Of a stretch of 64,000 nt of DNA, positions 1 through 9,592 are shown piece after piece (position 1 is the stretch's first letter; the number at the start of each line of letters is the position of its first letter). Below the pieces are notes generated by a model. That model was not told where the DNA came from and made no database searches. It was given only the letters and a program-made list of their open reading frames with translations. Source of the DNA: a virus. A program made the position numbers and the translations under genes. The DNA is taken from the IMG/VR virus record IMGVR_UViG_3300025018_000100. One strand, 5' to 3'.

Positions 1-3000
1 AACTATGATTAGAATTTGCTTTTATTTGTTCATTTTCTAACTGAGTTATAGTATTTTTAAATTCTTCTTCGTTTATCCCTATTTCTTTTCTTTTATTATC
101 TATCTTAATTTGTAATGCTGCGAGTTCTGCGGCATTTTCTCTGTTAAGATTTGATATCTTAATGTCGTTTAATTCTGCTTGTAATTTAGCTAATTCTCCT
201 ATATCAAGAATTTCATCTTGTATAGCTCTAGCTTTAAGAGACCTTAATTTGTCCTGAGTATTAGCTTCTTGTGTGGCTGCGTCTGCTTGAGTAGCTGCTA
301 AGTCCTTAGTAGCATTAATAGTACTATCTAATTGTTCAATAGAAGTTTTAATAGAAGAATTTAGTGAATCAATTTGTTCATCAAAATTAGCTACACTAAT
401 CAAACTAGGATTACTAGTTCCGTAGAATCCTGCTAATGTTTTAATAAATTCATTGAATATTCTAGCCAATTCAATAGGAAATTGAGTTAATGCTTGTATT
501 TCTTTCTGAACAGTCAATAATCTGGTTTTTTCTAATTCTAATGCAGCTAATTTATTAGTTTTATTAATATCAATTTCTTGTTTTTTTATAGCTAATTCTG
601 CGTCTGCTCTTATTTTTTCTTGATCTAATATATCTAATCTATTAATTAAATTTTTCTGTTCATTAATGCTTTTCTGCTCAGAAATTTGCTTCTCTCTTAA
701 TAAAAGAGCAGCTTTCTGGCTATTATCTTTAGCTTTAAAAGTTTTTTCCGCTTCTAAATTATCTATCTCTAGATTAATAATCCTAGATTCATTATCAAAT
801 TTTTTCTTTTCTGCTTCTATACGAAGATTAATTAGATTTAATTCTTTTTCTAAGTTACTAGCTGCTTGTTCTGCTATTAAATTTCTTCTATCTTCCCTAG
901 TACCAAAATTAGGAAAATTAGCTTGATTATCAGCAGTTCTCTGTAATCGTAAGTCTCTTAATAATGCAGCACGTTCTATTGCTAGTTCTTTTCCCTTTAG
1001 TTCTGTATCTAATAGTTTATTAGCTAAATTTAATTCTTCAACTTTATTTTCGTTTATTTGTTGTTGTTTTTTAAATTTAATATTTTGAGTTTCATTATAT
1101 GCCTTGCTTATATCTAAAAGAGCATTTTCTTTAGTTAGTAGAGCTTCTAAAGCTTTATTTCTATTATCATAAGCTTCTTGAGATAATAAAATATTATTAG
1201 ATAATTTTTGAATTTCTAATTTTTGCTTTTCAATATCTAATTGTTGTAAAGACTCCCTTAGTCTTTTTTCTTCAGCTATTGCAATTTTTTGTATTTCTTC
1301 TTTTGATTTTAGGAAAGCACCAAATAAAGCCTTTTCCGTAGTTTTTCGGAGATTTCCTAAGGCTACAATCTTAGCATTTTGTTCTAAATCTTTTTCTCCT
1401 CGACTAGCAGCTTCTTTTTGTAAAGCAGCGAGTTCTATTGATCCTTGTTTTGCTATATTAATAGCAGTTACTAAATTTTCTGCTTTGTTAGCAGCTATTT
1501 CAATACCATTTTCTGCAAATTTACCATTAAATAAGTTAATTATCCCAGAAGATTCTAAGTTATCTACTAAACTTATTTGGCTAGAAAAAGCTTTAGTAAT
1601 ATTTACAGATAATTGCTCAATAGCTTGAAGCTCTTGGGTTATTTTTCTTGCTTCTTTTCCTTGATCTTTAAGTCTATTTATAATAGCAACTAATTTAGGG
1701 TCTAACTCACCATATTCGTTAGTGTAGGCTTCTTGTAATTTAACTAATTCACTAGTGATAGTAGTTATTGCTGTAAGTTTTTGTGCTGCCTTCTCTGCAT
1801 CAAGAGAACCTGAAGCAAAAGAATCAGAGAAACTTTTACTTGCGTTTATGCTTTTACCTAACTCAGAAACTAAATTACCTACACCCGTTTTTAATTTGGG
1901 TAATCCTTTGTCGCTAATTTCAGAAATAGATGCTTGAATACCTCCAAAACCTATAGTAGCTACTTGATCATTAAATTTTATAAAACCTTGTAAAGCTAAA
2001 TCAGCTACTTGTTGAATAGGAATTCCAGCAGTTCTACTGATTTCTTCAATAATACCCGATAATTGAGTTTTACCAGATTCTAAATTTTTAACTGCTTCCT
2101 CCAAAGTAGCTACCTCTAATCGACTACTTCTTAATTCCTCTCCACTTAGTTTTGTTTGTTTATTTTTTAATCTAGTAATAGTTTGATTAAGTCTTTCTAT
2201 TTGATTTAAGACACCTAATCTTAGTACTTCTTCTTTACTTAAAGCCTGTGCCTGTTCAAATTGTTCTTTATTAGGTCTAAATTCATTTCTTCCTGCAAAA
2301 TTAGTTCCATTGTCTTTTGCTAATTGATTAGCAAATTGCTGTCTAATCCCAGAAGTGTTAGTTAATCCCTCAATAATTTGTTTATTTACATCAGAATATT
2401 TTTCCGCTAGTTTTTCTCTAGCCTCTCTATCTAAATCTAATTCTTTTGCTAACTTTTCTAAATTGCTATTTTTAGATATAAAAGTAGTAGCAGCTAAAGC
2501 TTGGGCTCCTTCTTTAGCTCTATCAATTTCTTCTGTTAAAGATTTGAAAAATTTAATTACGCTATCTAAAATATCTACACCAAATAAACTTGCGATAAAT
2601 TGAATAGTAGATCCTACAAGAAAAAACTTATTTGCTAAGGAAACTGCGGCACTAATTGCTAACCCTGTTCTTCTAAAAGCTGCACCAATAAAATCAGCTG
2701 ATCTAGCTATACCTTTAGATAGTCCAGAACTATTATTCATAACCGTATTTAGATTAATATAAGAAACCTCTAAAGCTTTAACTCTTCTTGTAGCTCTTTC
2801 AATACTTCTATTTGCTGCATCAATTTGTTCCTTAGTTCTTCCCTGTACAGTTAAATATTTTTGTTTAGTAGCGATAAACTTATTTTCTTGTTCAATTTGA
2901 GCTTTAATTAAAGGAGTTGTTTCTCTAATTTGTTGGTTAGTTAGAGAATCTGCGTTATCTATTAAGTTATTAAATTGACTGGGAGAGAGTTTACCTCCGA

Positions 3001-4069
3001 AAGCATTTTTACCTCCGGTAAAACCTTTATTACCTTCAAATTCTGCTTTTGTATTATCTAAAGTATTTAAATTATCTTTTATAGTATTTTTACCAAATAA
3101 TCTAATATTTTTAGCTTTTTCTTCAATTCGTGTAAAAAATCTATCGATACTTTGTCCGCTCTCAGTAACAAAACTAGAAATACCTGCTGATAGACTACTA
3201 AAAATCTGAACAGATAGTACCGCAGCTAGTGCTCCAATGTTTCCAGGAGTTTGACTAAAGAAATCTGCTAAACTAGACAAAGGACCGGCTACAGCTTGTC
3301 CGACTTTAGTAGCTAAATCAATAACTTTAGCAGATAATTCTTCTAGACTTTGTTGCGTAGTAGGTAAAACGGTGTTAATAATACTGAATTTACGCTCACC
3401 TTCTTCGATAACTTCATTAATGAAAGCTTGTCTTTTTTCATAATTAGTTAAACTAGATGTTGCAACATTTAATTGTCTAGCATACTTTTCTACCGCAGGG
3501 TCAATACGAGTAAAAATACCTAATTCATCTAAAAGTTCTGGTTCTAACTTAGCCGCACCTCGAACTAATCTTTGAAATGCATCTGTTAATGTTCTACCTA
3601 AGGCACGGCTAGCTTTTAGAGCAACCCCCGTAATTCTTTCTAATTGTTCACCGCCAAATCCAGCAGATAGTGCAATGTTAGCATTTTGAGCAGCTTCTGC
3701 TAAAGTTAACTGACCTTTGGTAATTTCTTGAATTTTAGCAAGAATTTTATTACCGTTAGAGCCTATTTCGTTAGCTAATGTAATAGTACCACGTACAATT
3801 TCTTCTGATTGAGTTGCTCTTTGTAATGCCGCGAATGCCTGTTGCAATGCGAATACGCTAGCAGCCGCACCAGCATAAGCACCAACTAACCCACCTAAGC
3901 CTCTAGCTTGTTGAGAAAAAGCTCTACCTGCACTAGCTTGAGTAGTAGTAAGACGATTACTTTTACTATCAAGTTTATCTACTTCGTTAGATACACCTTT
4001 AATAGCGCTTTTTGTCTTATTACTACCATTAGCTTTTACATTAACATTTACATTAGCATTAGTTGTCAT
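1..4069 (-). CDS. Tape measure protein (T5 pb2-like), partial, runs off the left edge
   Basis: Not in the ORF track because it has no stop in the window. ATG at 4069 reads MTTNANVNVNVKANG...GLGGLVGAYAGAAASVFALQQAF...FQRLVRGAAKLEPELLDELGIFTRID, typical of T5-type TMP N-termini; long coiled-coil-like frame; lies downstream of the tail chaperones. Confidence 0.9.
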   Translation of the reverse strand, partial: MTTNANVNVNVKANGSNKTKSAIKGVSNEVDKLDSKSNRLTTTQASAGRAFSQQARGLGGLVGAYAGAAASVFALQQAFAALQRATQSEEIVRGTITLANEIGSNGNKILAKIQEITKGQLTLAEAAQNANIALSAGFGGEQLERITGVALKASRALGRTLTDAFQRLVRGAAKLEPELLDELGIFTRIDPAVEKYARQLNVATSSLTNYEKRQAFINEVIEEGERKFSIINTVLPTTQQSLEELSAKVIDLATKVGQAVAGPLSSLADFFSQTPGNIGALAAVLSVQIFSSLSAGISSFVTESGQSIDRFFTRIEEKAKNIRLFGKNTIKDNLNTLDNTKAEFEGNKGFTGGKNAFGGKLSPSQFNNLIDNADSLTNQQIRETTPLIKAQIEQENKFIATKQKYLTVQGRTKEQIDAANRSIERATRRVKALEVSYINLNTVMNNSSGLSKGIARSADFIGAAFRRTGLAISAAVSLANKFFLVGSTIQFIASLFGVDILDSVIKFFKSLTEEIDRAKEGAQALAATTFISKNSNLEKLAKELDLDREAREKLAEKYSDVNKQIIEGLTNTSGIRQQFANQLAKDNGTNFAGRNEFRPNKEQFEQAQALSKEEVLRLGVLNQIERLNQTITRLKNKQTKLSGEELRSSRLEVATLEEAVKNLESGKTQLSGIIEEISRTAGIPIQQVADLALQGFIKFNDQVATIGFGGIQASISEISDKGLPKLKTGVGNLVSELGKSINASKSFSDSFASGSLDAEKAAQKLTAITTITSELVKLQEAYTNEYGELDPKLVAIINRLKDQGKEARKITQELQAIEQLSVNITKAFSSQISLVDNLESSGIINLFNGKFAENGIEIAANKAENLVTAINIAKQGSIELAALQKEAASRGEKDLEQNAKIVALGNLRKTTEKALFGAFLKSKEEIQKIAIAEEKRLRESLQQLDIEKQKLEIQKLSNNILLSQEAYDNRNKALEALLTKENALLDISKAYNETQNIKFKKQQQINENKVEELNLANKLLDTELKGKELAIERAALLRDLRLQRTADNQANFPNFGTREDRRNLIAEQAASNLEKELNLINLRIEAEKKKFDNESRIINLEIDNLEAEKTFKAKDNSQKAALLLREKQISEQKSINEQKNLINRLDILDQEKIRADAELAIKKQEIDINKTNKLAALELEKTRLLTVQKEIQALTQFPIELARIFNEFIKTLAGFYGTSNPSLISVANFDEQIDSLNSSIKTSIEQLDSTINATKDLAATQADAATQEANTQDKLRSLKARAIQDEILDIGELAKLQAELNDIKISNLNRENAAELAALQIKIDNKRKEIGINEEEFKNTITQLENEQIKANSNHS

Positions 4070-4081
4070 TATATAACTCTC

Positions 4082-4435
4082 TTATTGTTTAGATTTTTCA
4101 TGAGCATATTTCATATATAAATTAGTACAAATACTTAGTAATTCAAAAACTCTGTATTTATCCTCAATTTTTAATAGGTCCATTATAAATTCTAAACTTG
4201 CATAATCTTTACCATACCAACCAGCACCCATACCGTCAATTTTATCGGGTAAGGTATTAAATAGCATTAAACTTTGTTGGGCTTCTATAGTAAGTTTACT
4301 CGCATCTAAATTATTTTCTCCAAAGTCTTCTGGGATATCCCAGCCCATTTGTTCAAATATAGCTAATTCTTTATCAACATCTATATTAGAGTCACCTGAG
4401 TCTCTTAACCAACTTTGGAAGTATTCTTTAAATTT
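4082..4435 (-). CDS. Tail assembly chaperone, -1 frameshift extension (gpGT-like)
   Basis: The -1 frame from slippery AAATTTAAAG (4435-4426) is open (KFKEYFQSWLRDSGD...EQMGWDIPED) and continues into ORF 4082..4348; located just before the TMP. Confidence 0.8.
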   Translation of the reverse strand, partial: KFKEYFQSWLRDSGDSNIDVDKELAIFEQMGWDIPEDFGENNLDASKLTIEAQQSLMLFNTLPDKIDGMGAGWYGKDYASLEFIMDLLKIEDKYRVFELLSICTNLYMKYAHEKSKQ

Positions 4436-4860
4436 TTCTCTTCTTCCTTTTTAGCAGCTTCACTAAATAATTCTAAGTCATTCATAGAATCAGTAATAAA
4501 CTGATCAAAAACAGTGCTATCAGATAATAAATCTAAAGCATCTTCAGGAGAGTAAGGAATTTCATCATTAGGATTAACATTACTTAAATCAACAGCCATT
4601 AACTCAGAAAGATGCTTAAACTTTAAGCCCTTCCAACCTTTGATAACCGCGTCACAATAAAGTGATAAGAATTTTTCATTATCAATTTCTTCTTCTCTTT
4701 GTTTGGTTGATCTATTAAATTTCATTTTTAAACATTTATTACGAATCTTAATTAATTCGTCTTTAGGTAGATAAGCTAAGGTGATTACAAATCCCTCAAT
4801 ATCAGGAAACTCAACATCTACTAACTTTTCTTTAATTTCTAAACTTTTGATTAAACTCAT
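4405..4860 (-). CDS. Tail assembly chaperone (gpG-like)
   Basis: Between major tail protein and TMP; IKGWKGL motif; slippery heptamers near the 3' end. Confidence 0.85.
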   Translation of the reverse strand: MSLIKSLEIKEKLVDVEFPDIEGFVITLAYLPKDELIKIRNKCLKMKFNRSTKQREEEIDNEKFLSLYCDAVIKGWKGLKFKHLSELMAVDLSNVNPNDEIPYSPEDALDLLSDSTVFDQFITDSMNDLELFSEAAKKEEEKNLKNTSKVG

Positions 4861-4882
4861 TTCTTTTTTCCTTTTTTTAAAT

Positions 4883-4982
4883 AAAAAGGGTGCTTACTCT
4901 TTTCAACGCGCGCTTGGTGAGGGGGACCAATTGCTTGTTACAGAGTAAGCACCCATATGATTAATTTTTTAGTCCCCTCAGA
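4883..4982 (-). promoter_or_regulatory. Structured terminator/attenuator between major tail protein and chaperone genes
   Basis: 13-bp perfect stem (4888-4900/4942-4954) followed by a U-run on the minus strand; internal hairpin loop complementary to 4973-4980. Confidence 0.55.
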
Positions 4983-4996
4983 CTATTTTCAGTTAA

Positions 4997-6256
4997 TTAC
5001 TTAACCGCAAAGATTGTTACTTCGTCACCATTACCACAGTTATCAACACTCTCTTGTGCCTGGAAAGCAGCAGAAACTGAAATCACATCCTCAATTGCAT
5101 GAGTTGGAAAATCGAATTGAACAGCTGGGTGGTAGAAAGCTACGTATGGAACACTTGTTCCACCAACCTGTAGGTTGGCATTAGCAGCAGTACTATGACT
5201 TACTCTGCTATCTTCAACAATATTCTTTAAGAATGTTGCTGATTGGGCAGTACCATGACGTAGATAAGCACTGAACGTACCACTAATTGTTCTGCTTCCG
5301 GCAAAATTACCGATAGGAGCATTAAGGGTAGATAATTCTTCTGGTGTTAAGTATGTAATATTGTTATTTAGACTCCAATTCATAGCAGTTACTGGGAATG
5401 TATAATTCACAGGAGAACCGCTAGCAGGTGTATGAAAAGCACTAAGAGTAGTAAGTCTATTCTTAATAAAACTTGCAGAAGCTATGCTTGATGCTACGTT
5501 ATAAGAATTCCAAGGCTGATAAGCGCTTTCTGCTGTTACAGCATATGCATTACTATTAGCACTAGTTTCTACTCCAGAATTAAGAACTCCACCGAATACA
5601 CTAACAGCGTTATTTCTAGGACCATTTCTTAGTTCAACTAAGTTAGTTCCAAAACCTGTCCAAGTAGTAGTAGCAATACTATCAATAGCGGAATCTACAG
5701 ATGCTTCATTAACCGCAGCATTAGATACCTGATAGTATACGTTATCCATAACAATATATAGATGATTTTCTTGAGCAACAGCGAAATTAGGTGTATGCGC
5801 TGCAACGTTAGCTGAAGCGACTCTAGATACACTACGGAAAATTCCGCCATTCTCCCAAACACTTTGTTCTTCTGATCCAACTGCAGGGGCTGTATTAGAT
5901 AAGGCAGCCTGCCATAAGAACCAATCAGCCACAGGTTTAGCATTAGATGTTGCAGATACACCATCCGTGTTAGCTTTTGTGTTTGTGATTCCTGTTGGTT
6001 TTAGATAGCATTGAAAATTCCATTCTACAGGGTTGATAGCAGTGTTAAATCTAGTTACAGCACGATCAGGAGTAAGACCACTTTCTAAAGTAGTAATATC
6101 CTGAGTAGCAGCAGCCTGAGATACGGCATAACCGGCTAATACTTCTACCTGCCAAGTGTTGGCAGGTACCATATCAGTTACGGGGTCGCCTGATGCTAAG
6201 TCAATAGTAGAATAGAAGATTTTGGTATTACGCTGTAAATTTAGATTGCAGCTCAT
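4997..6256 (-). CDS. Major tail tube protein (T5 pb6-like)
   Basis: LQRNTKIFYST, EVLAGY, FNTAINPVEWNF and NNITYLTPEEL...GSRTISG motifs resemble T5-type tail tube proteins; synteny. Confidence 0.9.
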   Translation of the reverse strand: MSCNLNLQRNTKIFYSTIDLASGDPVTDMVPANTWQVEVLAGYAVSQAAATQDITTLESGLTPDRAVTRFNTAINPVEWNFQCYLKPTGITNTKANTDGVSATSNAKPVADWFLWQAALSNTAPAVGSEEQSVWENGGIFRSVSRVASANVAAHTPNFAVAQENHLYIVMDNVYYQVSNAAVNEASVDSAIDSIATTTWTGFGTNLVELRNGPRNNAVSVFGGVLNSGVETSANSNAYAVTAESAYQPWNSYNVASSIASASFIKNRLTTLSAFHTPASGSPVNYTFPVTAMNWSLNNNITYLTPEELSTLNAPIGNFAGSRTISGTFSAYLRHGTAQSATFLKNIVEDSRVSHSTAANANLQVGGTSVPYVAFYHPAVQFDFPTHAIEDVISVSAAFQAQESVDNCGNGDEVTIFAVK

Positions 6257-6272
6257 TTAATAAACTCCTCTA

Positions 6273-6716
6273 TTAGCTCAAAACGTATTGAACACTTAAA
6301 ATTATTTCTCCAAAACCGTAAGGTTCTAATAGTCCCTCATCAGTAGAAATTGCGTCTATAGTTATATCTTCAATTCCTAATATTGGGCTATCAGTGAGAT
6401 TATAAATTACATGCTCTATATCGTCTATTACGTTTTGTAATTCGTTTTGAACATCACTGGACTTATGATATATTCTTAAGGTTATAGGGAGTCCAGCCTC
6501 CGTAAATTCCTGTGAATTATAGGTTCTGGTTTCTCTACCAGCAACAATATAAACAGAGGGAAAATCGTTGATACTATCAAAAAATTTAAAACCTCTATCT
6601 ACATTACCAAATAAATTACTATTATAAGTGTACGAACTGTCAAAAGACGATACCTGACCGTTAATTAACTTTAGTTCTGTAATTATTCTTGTAGTAATTT
6701 CTTTTCTTATACTCAT
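6273..6716 (-). CDS. Tail terminator protein (T5 p142-like)
   Basis: INDFPSV and ISTDEGLLEPYG motifs; directly upstream of the major tail protein. Confidence 0.8.
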   Translation of the reverse strand: MSIRKEITTRIITELKLINGQVSSFDSSYTYNSNLFGNVDRGFKFFDSINDFPSVYIVAGRETRTYNSQEFTEAGLPITLRIYHKSSDVQNELQNVIDDIEHVIYNLTDSPILGIEDITIDAISTDEGLLEPYGFGEIILSVQYVLS

Positions 6717-6771
6717 TATTGTATACCATCTGAAAAATTTTATCCAATTTTATTTTTAAAAAATATAATTG

Positions 6772-7917
6772 CTAAAACGTGGATTTAAATACTCTTACTT
6801 GCCCACCCGTAAGCCTACCTACTACTGTTCTAATACTACCTTCAATAGTATTTCTAGGGTCTCTGGATGTACTTTCATGAGAAAAGTAACGAGGGTTATA
6901 AAAATATTTAACAGCATTTAATTTTCTATCATAAAACACATCAATACTTCTTGCAAAAGTACCTGATCTATATGTTAGTATTTGTGCCGATAAAGGCGGG
7001 CCTCTTGGAGGACCTTTGGGCATTTTTAAAGTAACTGAAGCTCTTACTCTTCTTGTTAGTTCTGCATCCGATAACCTAGTCATTAAAGTATTAAAACTTT
7101 CATTAGCTGTTTGTACTATACTCTTATTTTGATTTTCTACTACAGCGTTAATATCAACATCATTTACTAAAGTATTTAGTCCAATTCTTATTGAAGAAGG
7201 CTTTAATGATATAATCTGCCCTATAAAGTCTAATTCTGATTTAGTTTTGTTTCTAAAAATAGTTATTACTTCGTCAGGATTACTTTCTAGAGTACGTTGT
7301 AAATTTATAATGACTTTATTTAATCCATTTCTTGACAAACTTAACTGAACTTTAACAATAACATTATTATCTTGTATGATTACATTTGTTAGTTTCATAT
7401 TAAAATCTCTTGCAGAGAATTTAATATTTGTAGCCGTAACTAGGAAATTAGAACCATCTGGAAATAATAAAGGTAAAGTTAGCATAGATAGTCTAGTTTG
7501 TAATTCTTTAGTTTTAATTAAGTCATTTATAAACTGAGTTTTACTACCTTGTATTCTTTTCTTAGCCTTAGAAATTAATAATGAAGTGTTATTAAAATCT
7601 GCCGGATTTTGCGATAAATCAGCAAAAGATTGTGTAGATTCTGAATTTAGTAATATTTGACCAGAATTAATAGGTAAATTATTATTTTTAAAAATTTCAT
7701 CGTTAATAGGTTTAATAAGAGGATTAGATTTAGAATTTTTAACATTGACTATTAGGTTACCTGTTTTTGCTTTCGCTCCAATACTTTTTCTTTTTAAAAA
7801 AGTAGAAACAGAACTAGTCATATTTTTATTGGCTAAAATACTATTAGATGATTTATCAATAGTGTCAAATAGATTTTTAGCTTCTTTAGTGTCGATACTT
7901 AATATAACAAAAGCCAT
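6772..7917 (-). CDS. Tail completion protein (T5 p143-like)
   Basis: C-terminal LTYRSGTFARS...RDPRNTIEGSIR motif; synteny. Confidence 0.65.
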   Translation of the reverse strand: MAFVILSIDTKEAKNLFDTIDKSSNSILANKNMTSSVSTFLKRKSIGAKAKTGNLIVNVKNSKSNPLIKPINDEIFKNNNLPINSGQILLNSESTQSFADLSQNPADFNNTSLLISKAKKRIQGSKTQFINDLIKTKELQTRLSMLTLPLLFPDGSNFLVTATNIKFSARDFNMKLTNVIIQDNNVIVKVQLSLSRNGLNKVIINLQRTLESNPDEVITIFRNKTKSELDFIGQIISLKPSSIRIGLNTLVNDVDINAVVENQNKSIVQTANESFNTLMTRLSDAELTRRVRASVTLKMPKGPPRGPPLSAQILTYRSGTFARSIDVFYDRKLNAVKYFYNPRYFSHESTSRDPRNTIEGSIRTVVGRLTGGQVRVFKSTF

Positions 7918-8540
7918 TACATTAATAATCTATACATTTCTAATATTCTTCTAATATGAGAAGGGAAATTAGCAGAAGTAGGAAATGAGGTTTTAGATTC
8001 TCCTTGAAAACTCATTGTCTCTGAACTACTTTCGTTCTTATGTAATAATTTTATATAATCTAAAGTTGCTAATTTTAAATCACTAGGTATAGTAATATAG
8101 CCGCCACCGTATACTACCTTTACACCCTTAGGGTAGTTATTAAACTTAGTATACTGACCTAGGTCTAAGTCAACAGTATAAGCCCTATTAGTTCTCACAA
8201 TTTCTCCAGTATCTTCATACCACATATATTCTATAGAGCCACTAGAACTCGATAAATTATTTGGTAAACTACCATCACTATTTGGCCCTGCTAAATTAGC
8301 ATAATCTGATCCATCGTATTCTGCAACTACAGTTACGTTATTAATAGGTATTCTTTTAACAAATACGGAAGGTAATCCACCGTTGTGATATTCTGTGTAA
8401 GTATTAGCAACTAATTCTCGACCACAGTATGTCTCTATAGCTTGAGAAGCATACTCAATTATATTTGAAAGTCTACCATCAGACTTCGTACTAGTTACTT
8501 CTAAATAATTTTTTACTTCCTCAAGACTAACTAAAGACAT
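7917..8540 (-). CDS. Head completion / head-tail connector protein
   Basis: LVSLEEVKNYL...IETYCGR...YGGGY.TIPSDLKLA...FPSHIRRILEMYR, a gp6/T5 p144-like pattern. Confidence 0.85.
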   Translation of the reverse strand: MSLVSLEEVKNYLEVTSTKSDGRLSNIIEYASQAIETYCGRELVANTYTEYHNGGLPSVFVKRIPINNVTVVAEYDGSDYANLAGPNSDGSLPNNLSSSSGSIEYMWYEDTGEIVRTNRAYTVDLDLGQYTKFNNYPKGVKVVYGGGYITIPSDLKLATLDYIKLLHKNESSSETMSFQGESKTSFPTSANFPSHIRRILEMYRLLM

Positions 8541-8555
8541 ACTGTGACCTCCTTA

Positions 8556-8825
8556 TTATTTACTAGTGATAGCAGGAGTTGTTACTGTGCTAACAGTAGA
8601 AGTTTTTTTAGCTACGATAGGTTTCACTGTTTTAGGTGTCTCTACCTTTTTCTTTTCAACTTTAAGTAAAGTACGAGTCTCCCAATCATCTAAATATTCT
8701 TGTATTAGGCCTAAACTAACCCCGCGCTTAAACGCCCAATTAGTAGCTTCTACTTCGTCTGTAATAGAAACTGGAATTTCTAAACGTGTTTCGATTTCAA
8801 AACTTTTATTTTCTCTTACTCCCAT
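8556..8825 (-). CDS. Hypothetical protein in the head module
   Basis: ORF with GGAG RBS before ATG 8825. Confidence 0.6.
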   Translation of the reverse strand: MGVRENKSFEIETRLEIPVSITDEVEATNWAFKRGVSLGLIQEYLDDWETRTLLKVEKKKVETPKTVKPIVAKKTSTVSTVTTPAITSK

Positions 8826-8913
8826 TATAGTATCTCCTTTTAAAAACAAAGGGAGACCGACTGTACCTTCGGCCTCCCACTAAGTGTACTAATTAACCTT
8901 GATTATAAATCAA

Positions 8914-9540
8914 TTAGCTAATTAAAGCACGAACTGTTTCAACAGTGTTACCAGTGTTTGAGCCGCCAGATTGTGCAGCAGTAACGGTTACTGTTGCTTT
9001 ACCTGTATTACCCCCACCTGTGGCGAAGTATGCGTTAGAACTAGTGTTAAGAACTGAGAAACTAATTGAGGTGTTAGCATTTGCACTAACAGCCTGATCG
9101 ACTCCGCTTAAATCAGAGTAACTAATTGATAAAGCACCAGTAGAGCCGTGATGAATAACACCGTACTCTGCGTTACTTAATTTAACATCACGAATAGCTA
9201 AGGTAACACTACCACTAGCATCATCAGGTGATCCTACTTCGATAGCTGTGGTTAAACTATGTGCGGCAGCGTTACTACCTTTAATAGTTAAGTTTTTAAC
9301 AGTAACTGTATTAACAGCTGTATTACTTAAGGTTAAACCATTAACGATAACATCGTCTACATCACCAACACCAATAAGTGCGACATCATTCCAGCTTGCA
9401 CTGATTGCGTCATACGTACCTGGATATAGTAAAATGGTTGTACCCTGAGTAAGAGCAGAACTATCAATTTCGCTTACACTTTTGTATTGAGCATCGTCAG
9501 TAAGTTCTGGACTGACTTTATGGATAAATTTTTGTGCCAT
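8914..9540 (-). CDS. Putative capsid decoration / head fibre protein (beta-helix-like)
   Basis: Immediately after the capsid gene, strong RBS, own terminator (8851-8878); LYPGTY followed by beta-helix-like repeats. Confidence 0.55.
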   Translation of the reverse strand: MAQKFIHKVSPELTDDAQYKSVSEIDSSALTQGTTILLYPGTYDAISASWNDVALIGVGDVDDVIVNGLTLSNTAVNTVTVKNLTIKGSNAAAHSLTTAIEVGSPDDASGSVTLAIRDVKLSNAEYGVIHHGSTGALSISYSDLSGVDQAVSANANTSISFSVLNTSSNAYFATGGGNTGKATVTVTAAQSGGSNTGNTVETVRALIS

Positions 9541-9559
9541 AATTTAATCTCCTGTATTA

Positions 9560-9579
9560 GGGGGAGACTAAGTCTCCCC
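9560..9579. terminator. Hairpin after the capsid gene
   Basis: GGGGAGACT-A-AGTCTCCCC. Confidence 0.55.
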
Positions 9580-9592
9580 CTATATTTTCAAC

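Noticed and set aside
666-4120. Short plus-strand ORFs over the tape measure gene, and similar shadow ORFs over the capsid, terL and fibre genes
   Set aside because: Antisense or out-of-frame shadows of long, recognisable minus-strand genes; no RBS and low-complexity translations
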